The position numbers and the translations under genes are program-made. From Nannocystis bainbridge (GTDB taxonomy: Bacteria; Myxococcota_A; Polyangia; Nannocystales; Nannocystaceae): 64,000 nucleotides of DNA. How positions within the stretch are numbered: position 1 is the first letter of the stretch; each line of letters starts with the position of its first letter. Shown here piece after piece: positions 40,380 to 49,733 of this stretch. The notes below the pieces were generated by a model. That model did not search any database and was not told the origin of the DNA. It saw nothing but the letters and a program-made list of their open reading frames with translations. The stretch is from NCBI RefSeq assembly GCF_028368995.1, contig NZ_JAQNDL010000002.1, forward strand, positions 96,001 through 160,000, in the 5' to 3' direction.

Positions 40380-40763
40380 TTACTTCAGCGAGTTGCGCAG
40401 CCGCGGGATGGCGTCCGGGAGGACGACGCTGACGAGGATGCCGAGGGGCGCCTTGACGCAGTCGACGGCCATACCCATGCGGTACTTGTCGGTCAGGTCG
40501 ACGACGATGATCATGACGTTGCCCTCGTCGCCGAGGCGCAGGAGCGTCTGGTAGACGAAGTCGGGCACCGGCAGCTGCGACTTCTTGAGCGCCTCGGTGA
40601 TCCTCTCGCAGAGGATGTTGAAGAGGGCGCACGCCTTGGGCGAGCTGCGAATACCGGCGACGGACATACCGGAGGTCTTGCTGAAGACGTCGATGGTGGC
40701 GAGGCCGCCCATCAGGCCGTCTTCGATCTCGGTGAGGGTCGCATTCACGTCTTTCAGGTTCAT
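40380..40763 (-). CDS. Small Roadblock/LC7-like protein (127 aa)
   Basis: GAGAGG RBS; helix-beta-hairpin-helix-3 strands-helix pattern ending VDCVKAPLGILVSV; fold call is inference. Confidence 0.6.
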   Translation of the reverse strand: MNLKDVNATLTEIEDGLMGGLATIDVFSKTSGMSVAGIRSSPKACALFNILCERITEALKKSQLPVPDFVYQTLLRLGDEGNVMIIVVDLTDKYRMGMAVDCVKAPLGILVSVVLPDAIPRLRNSLK

Positions 40764-41151
40764 CTCGGTGTGCCTCTCGGCCGCGATCAGCGAGCGCGAC
40801 GACCACACTACCTGGAGCCGGGGTCGGTGCTCGCGCGATCGAAAGGGCGAGCGTGAAAAACCGACCCCCGCAGTCCGCGGGCGTGTGCGCGGCGCGCCTT
40901 TCACGCCGGACACCGAAGCGGCCGTAGAGCGGTGCTCGTATCGTTCTGACGCATCGCGGGGTGCGCGCGGCAGATCCGAGGCGGCGAGAAATCCCGGGGA
41001 ACCTGGGGGGATCCAGGATCGGGGCCTGCCGACGGCTGTAGATCACCCCGCACCGGGTTCGGGTGGACCAGGCGTCCAGATGTCCGCCGGTCAAGCCGAG
41101 GGGCCGGTCCCGGGACGGCGCGGAACCGCGGTCCGGGGGGCAGGTGAGAGC

Positions 41152-41356
41152 TGGCCTTCGGGACAGGTCGAAGCCGCGACCCGCTGGCCTTCGGGGCGGT
41201 CGGAGGGACGATAGACGCCGCGTATGGCTGTCTTTCGAGACAGGTGGCGAGTCGCCGGGGCAGCGCCGAAGCTGTCCTTCGGGACAGATTTATAATCGCG
41301 ACGACGGCGAGGCCGACACAAAGGCCGACCTCGCCGCGGGGCTGTCTTTCGGGTCA
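41152..41356. repeat. Four spaced copies of TG(T/G)CY-N4-RG(A/T)CA
   Basis: 41152, 41229, 41273 (perfect), 41343; three more copies at 40078, 40176, 40266. Confidence 0.75.
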
Positions 41357-41364
41357 GGTGCTGC

Positions 41365-42747
41365 TCAGGCCAGGAGGGCGGCGCACGGGGTGTTGGAGTA
41401 GCCGTCGCCGTCGCCGTTGGTGGCGCCGACCTCGGTGGCCTCGGGCACGACCGACTGCAGGCACGCGAGCAGGATGTCCGACGTGTTCTCGCTCGAGGGC
41501 GAGTGGTAGTGCTCGGCGGGGTAGCGCAGGGCGCCGCCGCCGCGGCCGGCGACGATGCACGGCTGGTCGAACACGCTGTGGGTGTAGCCCGAGGCGGCGT
41601 CGCTGCCGAGGATCACGCACGAGTTGTCGAGCAGGTTGCCGTCGCCCTCGGGCGTCTCCTTGAGGCGATTGAGCAGGACGGCGAAGCACTCGACGGTCTT
41701 GATCGTGGACTGGTCGACCGCCTCGTTGTCGGCGGTGTCGTGGGTCATGTCGTGGTGACCCTTGCTGTGGCCGAGGCTCTTGAACACGTGATAACCGACC
41801 GAGCCCGAGAACTGGATGCTGACGATCCGGGTCAGGTCGCAGCGGAACGCCTCGATGATGATGTCGACCATCGCCGCGTTGACGAGCTCGATCGGCTCGG
41901 CGCCGTCCATGTCGCTGTTGGTCTCGATCGGCATGCCCGGCAGGATGCAGGCCGGCGGCAGGGTCTCGATCTGCTTCTTGATCTGCTCGACGCTGGCGAG
42001 GTGAGCGTCGAGGCGCAGCTTGTCGGCGCTGCCGACCCGCAGCTTGAGCGCCTTCACGTCCTCGCGCACGGCGTCGAGGATGTCGACGCGCGGGCCCTTG
42101 GTCGGATCGTCGGGCGGGACGAAGCTCTCGAACAGGGCGGCGAAGGCCAGCTGCGGGTTGAAGAACGGCGGCAGCGGCTGGTCCGGGCCCTTGTGCGACA
42201 GGTACTGCAGGGTCGGGCCCTCGCCGCCGATGACGCGCTTCGAGATGGCGAGCTGCAGCGACGGCATGAAGGTCTGGGCGCCGACGGCGGCGGCGGCGAC
42301 CTGATCGATCGAGGGGCCGCCGAACTTGGAGGAGTAGCTGTTCTCGGCGTGCGGCAGCTCGATGAACGGGTAGCCGGAGAAGAAGCCGGCGCAGCCGTCG
42401 TGGTGGCCGCGGCGGTGCTTGGACGCGGCCTTGATGTCGAAGCCGGTCAGCAGGTTGCAGTACTCGCGCACGCCCTCGAGCGCGGCCAGCTGCGGGGTCA
42501 GCGGGTAGCCCGGACCGGTCTCGGCGGGGGCCCAGCGGTTGCCCTTGCCGACGTCGGCGGGGTCGACGAGGGCGACGCCGTTGCCGAAGTGCCAGGTGAT
42601 CATGCGCCGCGGCAGGGCGGTGCCGTCGGCGTGGGCGGTGCCGTTCGAGTTGAGCATGACCTCGAGCAGCGGGAGCGCGAGCGCGACGGAGGTGCCGCCG
42701 GCGACGCCGCGGAGCATGGTGCGACGGCTGAGTTGATGGCGCTTCAT
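41365..42747 (-). CDS. DUF1552 domain protein with Tat signal
   Basis: SRRTMLRG..GG..VALALPLLE, GPSIDQVAA, RLDAHL, AFRCDLTR, HHDMTH, GNLLDNS. Confidence 0.88.
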   Translation of the reverse strand: MKRHQLSRRTMLRGVAGGTSVALALPLLEVMLNSNGTAHADGTALPRRMITWHFGNGVALVDPADVGKGNRWAPAETGPGYPLTPQLAALEGVREYCNLLTGFDIKAASKHRRGHHDGCAGFFSGYPFIELPHAENSYSSKFGGPSIDQVAAAAVGAQTFMPSLQLAISKRVIGGEGPTLQYLSHKGPDQPLPPFFNPQLAFAALFESFVPPDDPTKGPRVDILDAVREDVKALKLRVGSADKLRLDAHLASVEQIKKQIETLPPACILPGMPIETNSDMDGAEPIELVNAAMVDIIIEAFRCDLTRIVSIQFSGSVGYHVFKSLGHSKGHHDMTHDTADNEAVDQSTIKTVECFAVLLNRLKETPEGDGNLLDNSCVILGSDAASGYTHSVFDQPCIVAGRGGGALRYPAEHYHSPSSENTSDILLACLQSVVPEATEVGATNGDGDGYSNTPCAALLA

Positions 42748-42761
42748 GACTCGTGCTCCTT

Positions 42762-44531
42762 TCACTCGGGGGTGCCCACGCGCAGGAAGGCGGGGCTGGC
42801 GACGAGCTCGGCGAGGAGCTCCTTCATGCGGTACTCGTTGTCCTCGAACACCTGGTCGAGGTCTTTCAGCGCGTCGGCCTCGCCGGGCAATTCGAGGTGG
42901 CCGGTGGCGTGGCGGAACAGGTTGCGCACGAGGCAGCGGGTGACCGCGGGGCTCTCGCGCAGGAGGCCGCCGAGCTGGCGGGCGCCGTCGAACTCGCCGC
43001 CGTCGAGCACGCTCTTGGTGTCGAGGTCGACGCCGTTCTCGGTCAGGCGGAAGGCGCCGATGCCGTCGAAGTTCTCGAGGCCGAAGCCGATGTCGTCCAT
43101 GAGCTTGTGGCAGCCGGAGCAGGACGGGTTGGTCTGGTGCTCGGCGAGGCGGTCGCGCATCGTCTTGTACTCCTCGCCGTTCGGCAGCTCGGTGACGATG
43201 TCGGGCGGCGGCGCCGGGATGCCCTGGCACATCAAGACCTCGCGCACGAACTTGCCGCGCAGGGTCGGCGAGCTGCTGCTGATGTGGGCGTAGGCGGCGA
43301 GGAAGCCGCCCTGGCCGAGCAGACCGCCGCGCTTGCCCTCGACCGGGAGGTCGAACTTCTGCCACACGTCGCCGAGCACGCCCGCGTCGGGGATGAGGCC
43401 GTAGAGCTGGGCCAGCGGGCCGTTGGCGAAGGTGTAGGGGGCGTCGAGGAAGTCGCGGAAGTCGGCCTCGCGGGTGAAGGCGATGTCGTCGATGAGCTTC
43501 AACGCCTCGTCGCGCATGCTGGCCCCGAGCGCGGGCGTCCAGGCCGGGAACACGCCCGGGTCCTTCGGCAGGGCCTCGAGGGTGCGCAGGCGCAGGACCT
43601 CGGCGAAGAACCCGCCGAGAGCGCCGCGCGCGGCCGGGGTCTCGAGCATGGTCCAGGCGACGCCGCGCACGGCGTCGGCCGTGGCGAGCCCGTCAGTCTC
43701 GCCGAGGTCGATAAGCTCGCGGGTCGGCGTGGTGTCGAGGAGGAAGAAGCTGAGCCGCGTGGCGAGCTCGACGCCGGTGAGCACGCGCTGGCCCGGAGCG
43801 TCGGGGTCGGGCTCGCCGACCTCGACCTGATAAAGGAAGTAGGGCGACTGCAGCATGCCGGCGACGGCGAACTCGCGGCCCGACTCCCAGTTGCCGAACG
43901 CGAGCGCGGCGTCGCGACCGACCGCGCCGTAGCGATCGATCTCGGCCTGCGTGAGGCTGCGGCGCCAGGCGACGCGGCCGAAGTTGGCGACGAACTCCTT
44001 GTGACAGGCGTCGTCGTCGGCGCCGGTCGGGACGCAGGTGTGGTAGCTGGCGAGGATGGCGTCGTCGGCGGCGGCGGCGACCTTGCGCGCCGATTTCTCG
44101 TAGGTGTCGACGGCCTGGTCGTTGAGCGCGAGCTGGGCGGCGCCGATCGCCTCGAAGCCGTTGAGCGCGCTGTCCGGCGGGGTCTCGGCCTCGGCTACCG
44201 CGGCGTCGCCGAGCAGGTAGGCGACCGAGCTCCGGTACTGGCGGGCGAGCAGGATGCGCAGGCGGGCCGGAGCCGGGGCGAACTCTTCCCCACCGCCGTC
44301 AGTCGGGTCGGTGCCCTCGGTCGGATCGCCGTCGGTGCCGGCGGAATTGGCCCCGCCGGTCTCGGTGGGATCCTCGCCGCCGGTGAGGGTGGGGTTGCTG
44401 GCGCTCTGGTCCTGGCCGGCGCCGTGATAGCAACCGCCGGCGAGGCTCGCCGTGAGGGTGAGGAGGACCGCGAGACCGCCCGGACCTTGCGGCCGGGATG
44501 GTGTGCGGGCGAAACGACGCTGCCTGGGCAT
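42762..44531 (-). CDS. DUF1592/DUF1588/DUF1595-family lipoprotein with a c-type heme motif
   Basis: LAGGC lipobox; LQSPYFLY, ELATRLSFFL, SPTLRGKFVRE, CSGCH, GFGLENFDGIG. Confidence 0.9.
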   Translation of the reverse strand: MPRQRRFARTPSRPQGPGGLAVLLTLTASLAGGCYHGAGQDQSASNPTLTGGEDPTETGGANSAGTDGDPTEGTDPTDGGGEEFAPAPARLRILLARQYRSSVAYLLGDAAVAEAETPPDSALNGFEAIGAAQLALNDQAVDTYEKSARKVAAAADDAILASYHTCVPTGADDDACHKEFVANFGRVAWRRSLTQAEIDRYGAVGRDAALAFGNWESGREFAVAGMLQSPYFLYQVEVGEPDPDAPGQRVLTGVELATRLSFFLLDTTPTRELIDLGETDGLATADAVRGVAWTMLETPAARGALGGFFAEVLRLRTLEALPKDPGVFPAWTPALGASMRDEALKLIDDIAFTREADFRDFLDAPYTFANGPLAQLYGLIPDAGVLGDVWQKFDLPVEGKRGGLLGQGGFLAAYAHISSSSPTLRGKFVREVLMCQGIPAPPPDIVTELPNGEEYKTMRDRLAEHQTNPSCSGCHKLMDDIGFGLENFDGIGAFRLTENGVDLDTKSVLDGGEFDGARQLGGLLRESPAVTRCLVRNLFRHATGHLELPGEADALKDLDQVFEDNEYRMKELLAELVASPAFLRVGTPE

Positions 44532-44702
44532 GGGCGGCTCCTTGCGGGGGACGATCCACCATAAAGGGGTCCCAGGATCTGCGTCCACGGCGCGCACGTG
44601 AGGGGGACTGTCTGCTGAGATTCCCTGTCCGCAGAAGACCCCACGCGCCGAGGTCGCGTCGTGACGCGCGCGTGAAAGCGTTGTATTACCGATCCCGGAG
44701 CG

Positions 44703-45233
44703 ATGAACCTCCTCCCACCGACGTACATCTGCCTCGACCTGCCCGAGCCGCAGGCGTCGGAAGTGATGGCGCTGCGTCGCCGCTACTGCCAGCGGCTCAA
44801 GGACTTCCCGCCGGAGATCACGGTCACCGGCTCGAGCGGCGTGGGAGCGATGCTGCCGCAGCCCGAGTGGGACCGCGTCGAGCCCAAGCTCGAGGCGCTG
44901 GCGCAGGAGTGGGCGCCGATCCGCGCGAGCCTCGGCGGGATGGTCCGCTTCCCGGACACCGACATCTTCTGCCTCAGCATGTCGGACCCGATGCCGTTCA
45001 TGGCCCTCCACGAGGCGCTCAAGCACTCGGGCATCGCGTTCGAGGACAGCCAGTTCCCGTTCTTCCCCCACTGCACGATCCGCATGGCGGGGCCGCTCAC
45101 CGACGCGGACATCAGCGCGCTGTTCTCGTTGACCGTGCCCGGCGAGTTCGTGATCGCCGAGCTGGCCCTGTATCAGCGCACGAGCGACGACCGGATCGTG
45201 CGCGTGTGGTCGCGGCCGCTCGCGGGCGCGTGA
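44703..45233 (+). CDS. 2H phosphoesterase (2'-5' RNA ligase-like) family protein
   Basis: PPEITV and FFPHCTI motifs; GGAG RBS. Confidence 0.75.
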   Translation: MNLLPPTYICLDLPEPQASEVMALRRRYCQRLKDFPPEITVTGSSGVGAMLPQPEWDRVEPKLEALAQEWAPIRASLGGMVRFPDTDIFCLSMSDPMPFMALHEALKHSGIAFEDSQFPFFPHCTIRMAGPLTDADISALFSLTVPGEFVIAELALYQRTSDDRIVRVWSRPLAGA

Positions 45234-45453
45234 CGCGAGCTCGCGGTCGGCTCGGGGGCTCGCCGGCAGGCTGCGCGTCCTCGTGGGCGGCGAGCCGCAG
45301 ACGAGCGACGCGCGGGCGCTGCGAGGACGCGCGACGTGGTCGCCGTTCGTGGGCTGCGCGATAAAAGCGGCGAGGAGATCCCGCGCCGCGGCCGTTCTGC
45401 GCGCAGCGCGAGGCCGGGGGCGTTCCTGCTCGAAGCGGAGGGCGCGGTCGAGA

Positions 45454-45519
45454 GGGCATGTCGCATCGGACATGTTTCATCGGACATGTCAACGAGGACA
45501 TGCCGCGAGGGACATGTCC
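45454..45519. repeat. 14-bp-phased array (5 units) between convergent genes
   Basis: CATG at 45457, 45471, 45485, 45499, 45513. Confidence 0.88.
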
Positions 45520-47106
45520 TCAGCGCGCGGCTTGCAGGGTCGGCGCCAGCATGCCGGCGAGGCAGCCGAGGGCGGCGTTGTAATCGCTGTCGCAGACCGA
45601 CTCGATGCAGCAGCGCACGCCGCGTTCGTCGACGGCGGTGTCCGGGTCGTCGGGCAGGTCGAGCGACTGGCAGACCTCCTGGATCCGCCCGGGCGGGACC
45701 GCCTGGCCGGCCGGGCCGACGCAGCCGGGGCCGATGCCGAACTCGAACTGCTTGTCGGCCGGGGTGTCGGTGTCGCCGGGCAGGATGTCCTCGGGCCGCC
45801 AGTCGCGGTAGACGAGGGCCTCGGCGCCGCCGGACAGCGGTTCGAACGGCGGGTCGTCGCTGTGCGCGGTGACCTGCGGGACGCCGCCGAGCACCAGCAT
45901 GACGACCTCCTTGTCGTGGAGCTGGCGCAGGCTGGTCAGGGTCTCGACGTAGCGGGCGACCGGGTAGAGGACCTGCTTGTCCTCGGACATGCACCACTCG
46001 TACACGCCGTCGTCGTCGTCGTCGGCGCAGGTCATGCCGGCGTTCCAGCACACGGCGCTGGTCGGCTCGCGCTTCTGGCCGCTGTCGGGGTCGAGCGGCC
46101 AGTACTTGCCGAACTCGGGGTCGTCCTGCAGCTTGGGGTCGAAGTAGGCGAAGTTGAGGGTCGAGCAGTCGGTCTCGTCGGTGACGAGGACGATCGCCAG
46201 CGGCGCGCCAGGGCGCAGGAACGGCCGCTCGCCGCGGTTCCAGCGGGCGCCGAAGTCGAGCGCGCGGGTCATGGCCTCGAGCGGCGACTCCATGCCGCAG
46301 CCGTCGATGCCCTGGGGGCCGATGCAGGCGAGGGCGTCGGCGGCGGCGTCACCCAGACCGTCAGGGTCGATGACGTTGTGGGTGGTGGGGTTGAAGTGGA
46401 TGAACGGATCGGTCGGGACCGAGGGGGCGGCCTGCGAGCAGCGCGAGGTGCAGATCTCGGGCATCACCGGCGGGTCGGCGCCGAGGCCGGTAAACCGCGT
46501 CAGCCGCTCGGTGCAGGGAGTCTCGATCGGCTGGCCGTCAGCGGCGTCGTAGTCGGGCTTCTCGAACGGGGTGCACAGCGGGTGCGGCACGTCAGTGGTG
46601 GTGACCATGATGTGCACGTCGGCGCCGACGAGCTTGCCGTTGGCGTCGCTGAGGCCGCGCAGCAGCGAGACGAAGGCGGGGAAGCTGTCGGCGAGCTGGC
46701 TCTGCTCCTCGCCCATGGTGCCCGAGTTGTCGATGACGAACAGGACGTCGAGCTGATCGCACGAGCCGCCGTCGCTGCAGCCGAGCGGCGGCGGCGGCTC
46801 CTCGCCGGTGGTCACGGGCTCGCCGGTGGTGCCCACGGGCTCCTCGCCGGTGGTCACGGGATCGAAGGTGGTGGTCGGCGGCGGTCCGGCGGTGGTGTCG
46901 TCGACCGGCGGCGCGGTGACGACGAGGGTGCCCTGGCCGGTGGTGCCGTCGGTGTCGCTGGCGTGGGGGAACTCGCCGAGGCCGCTGGGATCGAGGAAGC
47001 AGGCGAGCTGTACCAAAGGACAGGTGAGAACCACGGCGCGGCAGACCCTCGCCGCGGAGGCGATGGTGCTGCGGTGCGTGCGGGGCGTGGGCACGGGGGG
47101 TCTCAC
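45520..47106 (-). CDS. Cys-rich vWA-domain lipoprotein with Thr-rich linker
   Basis: VQLAC lipobox; LDVLFVIDNSGTMGEEQ (MIDAS), FLRPGAPLAIVLVTDETDCS. Confidence 0.85.
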   Translation of the reverse strand: MRPPVPTPRTHRSTIASAARVCRAVVLTCPLVQLACFLDPSGLGEFPHASDTDGTTGQGTLVVTAPPVDDTTAGPPPTTTFDPVTTGEEPVGTTGEPVTTGEEPPPPLGCSDGGSCDQLDVLFVIDNSGTMGEEQSQLADSFPAFVSLLRGLSDANGKLVGADVHIMVTTTDVPHPLCTPFEKPDYDAADGQPIETPCTERLTRFTGLGADPPVMPEICTSRCSQAAPSVPTDPFIHFNPTTHNVIDPDGLGDAAADALACIGPQGIDGCGMESPLEAMTRALDFGARWNRGERPFLRPGAPLAIVLVTDETDCSTLNFAYFDPKLQDDPEFGKYWPLDPDSGQKREPTSAVCWNAGMTCADDDDDGVYEWCMSEDKQVLYPVARYVETLTSLRQLHDKEVVMLVLGGVPQVTAHSDDPPFEPLSGGAEALVYRDWRPEDILPGDTDTPADKQFEFGIGPGCVGPAGQAVPPGRIQEVCQSLDLPDDPDTAVDERGVRCCIESVCDSDYNAALGCLAGMLAPTLQAAR

Positions 47107-47115
47107 CCGCCGCGG

Positions 47116-47826
47116 TCAGGGCTGCGCGGCCGGTTCATTACAAAGCGTGGCCGCCCGGTCGACCAGAGGCGAGCCCGGGAATTGTCGCGGGTAGCTGGTG
47201 GCGAGCTGGCGCGCGGCGTCGCGCTGGCCGAGGGCGCAGCGGGCCTCGATCTCGAGCAGGCCGCGCTCGGCCGCCAGGATCCCGCCGGGGAACCGCCTGG
47301 CGTGCTCCTCGAGGAGCTGCAGGCGCTCGGCGGGCCCGGCCAGCTTGGCCCGCCGTAGCAGGTCGACCTCGGCGGCGACGCTGTCCTCACGTGCAGGCCG
47401 GCGGGTCTTGGAGGTGTCCGAAGGGACAGGTTTGTCGGCGGGCGGCTCGTCAGGCGCGACCTCGAGGATGGGCTCGGGGGCCGGGGCGCGGGCCTCATCG
47501 GCGCGGCGGACGGGCTCGGCGGTGTGCGAGGCGTCGCCCTCGCGGGCCTGGTAGGGCGCGGCGACGTGGTTTTGCGGCGCCTCGCCGCCCCGCGTGACGG
47601 CCCAGGTCAGGGCCAGCAAGACGCCGGCGGCCAGAGCGAAGCCGGCGAACACGCGCGGGGCGAGGCGCGAACGAGGATGTGCTTCGTCGTCGAGGTCGTC
47701 GCTGCCGACCTCGTCGCGGCGCTGCTCGAGCGCGGCGAGGACACGATCGGCGATGGCGCGGTCGGGCGACTCGGCCCTGCGAAATGCGGCCAGGCGCGCC
47801 CGCGCCTCCGAACTCAGCGGTTCCAT
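47116..47826 (-). CDS. Putative single-TM anti-sigma factor with TPR-like C-terminal domain
   Basis: Overlaps the sigma gene stop; TM VFAGFALAAGVLLALTWAV; VAAEVDLLRRA...HARRFPGGILAAER...EARCALG. Confidence 0.75.
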   Translation of the reverse strand: MEPLSSEARARLAAFRRAESPDRAIADRVLAALEQRRDEVGSDDLDDEAHPRSRLAPRVFAGFALAAGVLLALTWAVTRGGEAPQNHVAAPYQAREGDASHTAEPVRRADEARAPAPEPILEVAPDEPPADKPVPSDTSKTRRPAREDSVAAEVDLLRRAKLAGPAERLQLLEEHARRFPGGILAAERGLLEIEARCALGQRDAARQLATSYPRQFPGSPLVDRAATLCNEPAAQP

Positions 47827-48395
47827 GCAGCTTGCCTCCCATCCGTCCGCTCGGTCTCGGCGATGGCGCGCTCGAACTCGGCGCGAGCGGCCCGCAGACG
47901 CGAATAGACGGTGTTCAGTTTGACATCGAGGGCCTGGGAGATCTCCGGCGCCGTGAAGCCCTCGAGGTCGGCCAGGATGAAGACCATGCGCTTGTCGTTG
48001 TCGAGGCTGTCGAGGAAGCGCTGAACGAACTCAGCGGCCTCGGCGCGCTCGGCGTCGCGCTCGCGCGGTTGGTGGGTATGGACGACGGCGAACGCCTGGA
48101 TCCGGCGCTCGTGGCGCCGCAGGCCGCGGCGGAAATCGCTGGCGACCCGCCGGGCGGTGCCGAACAGCCAGCTCCGCAGCGAGATCTGCGGATCGAGGCC
48201 CGGGAGGCGGCGGTGGAGCACGAGGAACACGTCCTGGGCGGCGTCCTCGAGCTGGTCGTAAGGGACCCCGAGGCGACGGAGGATCCGCCAGACGAGGTCG
48301 AAGTAAGCGTAGTAGACGGTGGCGAACCCGCGCTGCGCGTGCTCCTCGGGGCCAGGGCCAGGTATGGGCGGCTGAAGCTTCAGCACGGCAGTCAC
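47814..48395 (-). CDS. ECF RNA polymerase sigma factor
   Basis: EDAAQDVFLVLHRRL...LRSWLFG; APEISQALDVKLNTVYSRLRAAR; GTG start overlaps upstream TGA. Confidence 0.93.
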   Translation of the reverse strand: MTAVLKLQPPIPGPGPEEHAQRGFATVYYAYFDLVWRILRRLGVPYDQLEDAAQDVFLVLHRRLPGLDPQISLRSWLFGTARRVASDFRRGLRRHERRIQAFAVVHTHQPRERDAERAEAAEFVQRFLDSLDNDKRMVFILADLEGFTAPEISQALDVKLNTVYSRLRAARAEFERAIAETERTDGRQAAWNR

Positions 48396-49456
48396 TTGTT
48401 TCGTGGCCAAGCTCGGCCGCTTCCGTCACGGCGCGCGCCGGGGCCGAGACGAATCTCGACGCCGGCGCCGGCCCGGACGCCGACCGGCTGGGTGATGAAG
48501 ACGACCTGGTCGCTGATCGCAAACGGTGCGCGCAGAGGGGCGACCACGAATTCGGTGCGCAGGCCGAGGCCGACGCGCGGGTGCGGCGACCACACCAGGC
48601 CGACGCCGAGCAGGGCGGCGAGCCAGGGCGGGCGGGCCCGTCGCGGGTCGACGGTGATGCCGGCGCCCTCGGCCAGCAGCTGGCCGGCTTCGATGCCGAG
48701 GCACAGCGGGATCTCGAGCACGCCGCGGACGAATCGGCCGCAACCGCGGGCCCCGAGCGCCCAGCGGGCGACCATGCCGACGCGAGCGTCCTCGAAGGTC
48801 AGCGGGCGGGCCGGCATGTAGTGACCGAAGACCTCGAAGCGGAGGCGGCGGTGGAGGAGGCCGACGGCCGCGCCGATGTCCCCGGCGATCGTCGGCGTGG
48901 CGCCGGCGTCGATGGCCCCGTCGACCCGCAGCAGCGCGGTGAGCCGGCGTGGGGGCGGGCGCGGGGACGGGGGCGGGGCCGCGGGTGATGCGGGCTCGGG
49001 CTCGGGCTCGGGCGCGGGCGCGGGCGGGGTCGGCGTGGGCGCGACGACCTCGGGCGGCGGGGGGACCGGGGTCGGCGGGGCGGGCTCGGGCACAGGCTCG
49101 GGCGCGGGCTCGGGGGCTGGCGCGGGCGGGGCGAGCTGGCCGGCGAACTCGAGCGGGTCGATGGCGATGGCGATGATCAGGGCGGCGGCGCCGTCGAGCG
49201 ACTCGCAGGCGTCGGCGCGCTCGATCCGTCGCTGGGTGAGCTGGGGGGTGTGGATGTCGAGCCGCAGCTCGTAGCGCCCGGAGATCCGGCGGACGACGCC
49301 GCGCACGCGCACGCCCTCGAGGTCGGGCGGCCGCGTGAGGGCGGCGAGGGCGCCGAGGACGTCGTCGCGGGTCGGACAGCCGGCGGGGGCGCGCCACTCG
49401 ATCGCGGGCGGTCCGGCCAGCGAGAGGAGGAGCAATCCGGAGGTCGGCCCGAGCAT
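48392..49456 (-). CDS. Exported WxAPxxCP-domain protein with predicted C-terminal beta-barrel (paralog of 17654-19015)
   Basis: EWRAPAGCP...DACESLDGAAALIIAIAIDP; Pro-rich linker; strands ending VRAGAGVEIRL. Confidence 0.75.
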   Translation of the reverse strand: MLGPTSGLLLLSLAGPPAIEWRAPAGCPTRDDVLGALAALTRPPDLEGVRVRGVVRRISGRYELRLDIHTPQLTQRRIERADACESLDGAAALIIAIAIDPLEFAGQLAPPAPAPEPAPEPVPEPAPPTPVPPPPEVVAPTPTPPAPAPEPEPEPASPAAPPPSPRPPPRRLTALLRVDGAIDAGATPTIAGDIGAAVGLLHRRLRFEVFGHYMPARPLTFEDARVGMVARWALGARGCGRFVRGVLEIPLCLGIEAGQLLAEGAGITVDPRRARPPWLAALLGVGLVWSPHPRVGLGLRTEFVVAPLRAPFAISDQVVFITQPVGVRAGAGVEIRLGPGARRDGSGRAWPRNK

Positions 49457-49733
49457 GAGCGCAGCAGCGTCGGATGGTAGGCCCGAGCGCGGTCGGGACG
49501 CCAGGGGCTGGGGCGGGGTCCGTGGGCCGTTCGGCGGCGAGGTTGCGATCTGTCTCTCGGGACATGTGATTGCCGGGCCTGCCGGAGGTCAGGGCGGTTC
49601 CGAGCCGGCTCGCCGGCGCGCTCGCAGGCAGGCCGCGGGGGTGTCAGCGCGGGCGAGGCGGCGGCGTTGTGGGGCTGCACGCCGGGACCCGGGGCTGTCA
49701 AGCTGACCCGAGTCCCGGCCCAAGGAGACGCGC

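Noticed and set aside
15981-47136. Shared ECF promoter (GAAC...CCGCGGC) upstream of the two module lipoprotein genes
   Set aside because: Spacing differs (17 versus 21 nt) and the match is GC-rich and short; not supportable.
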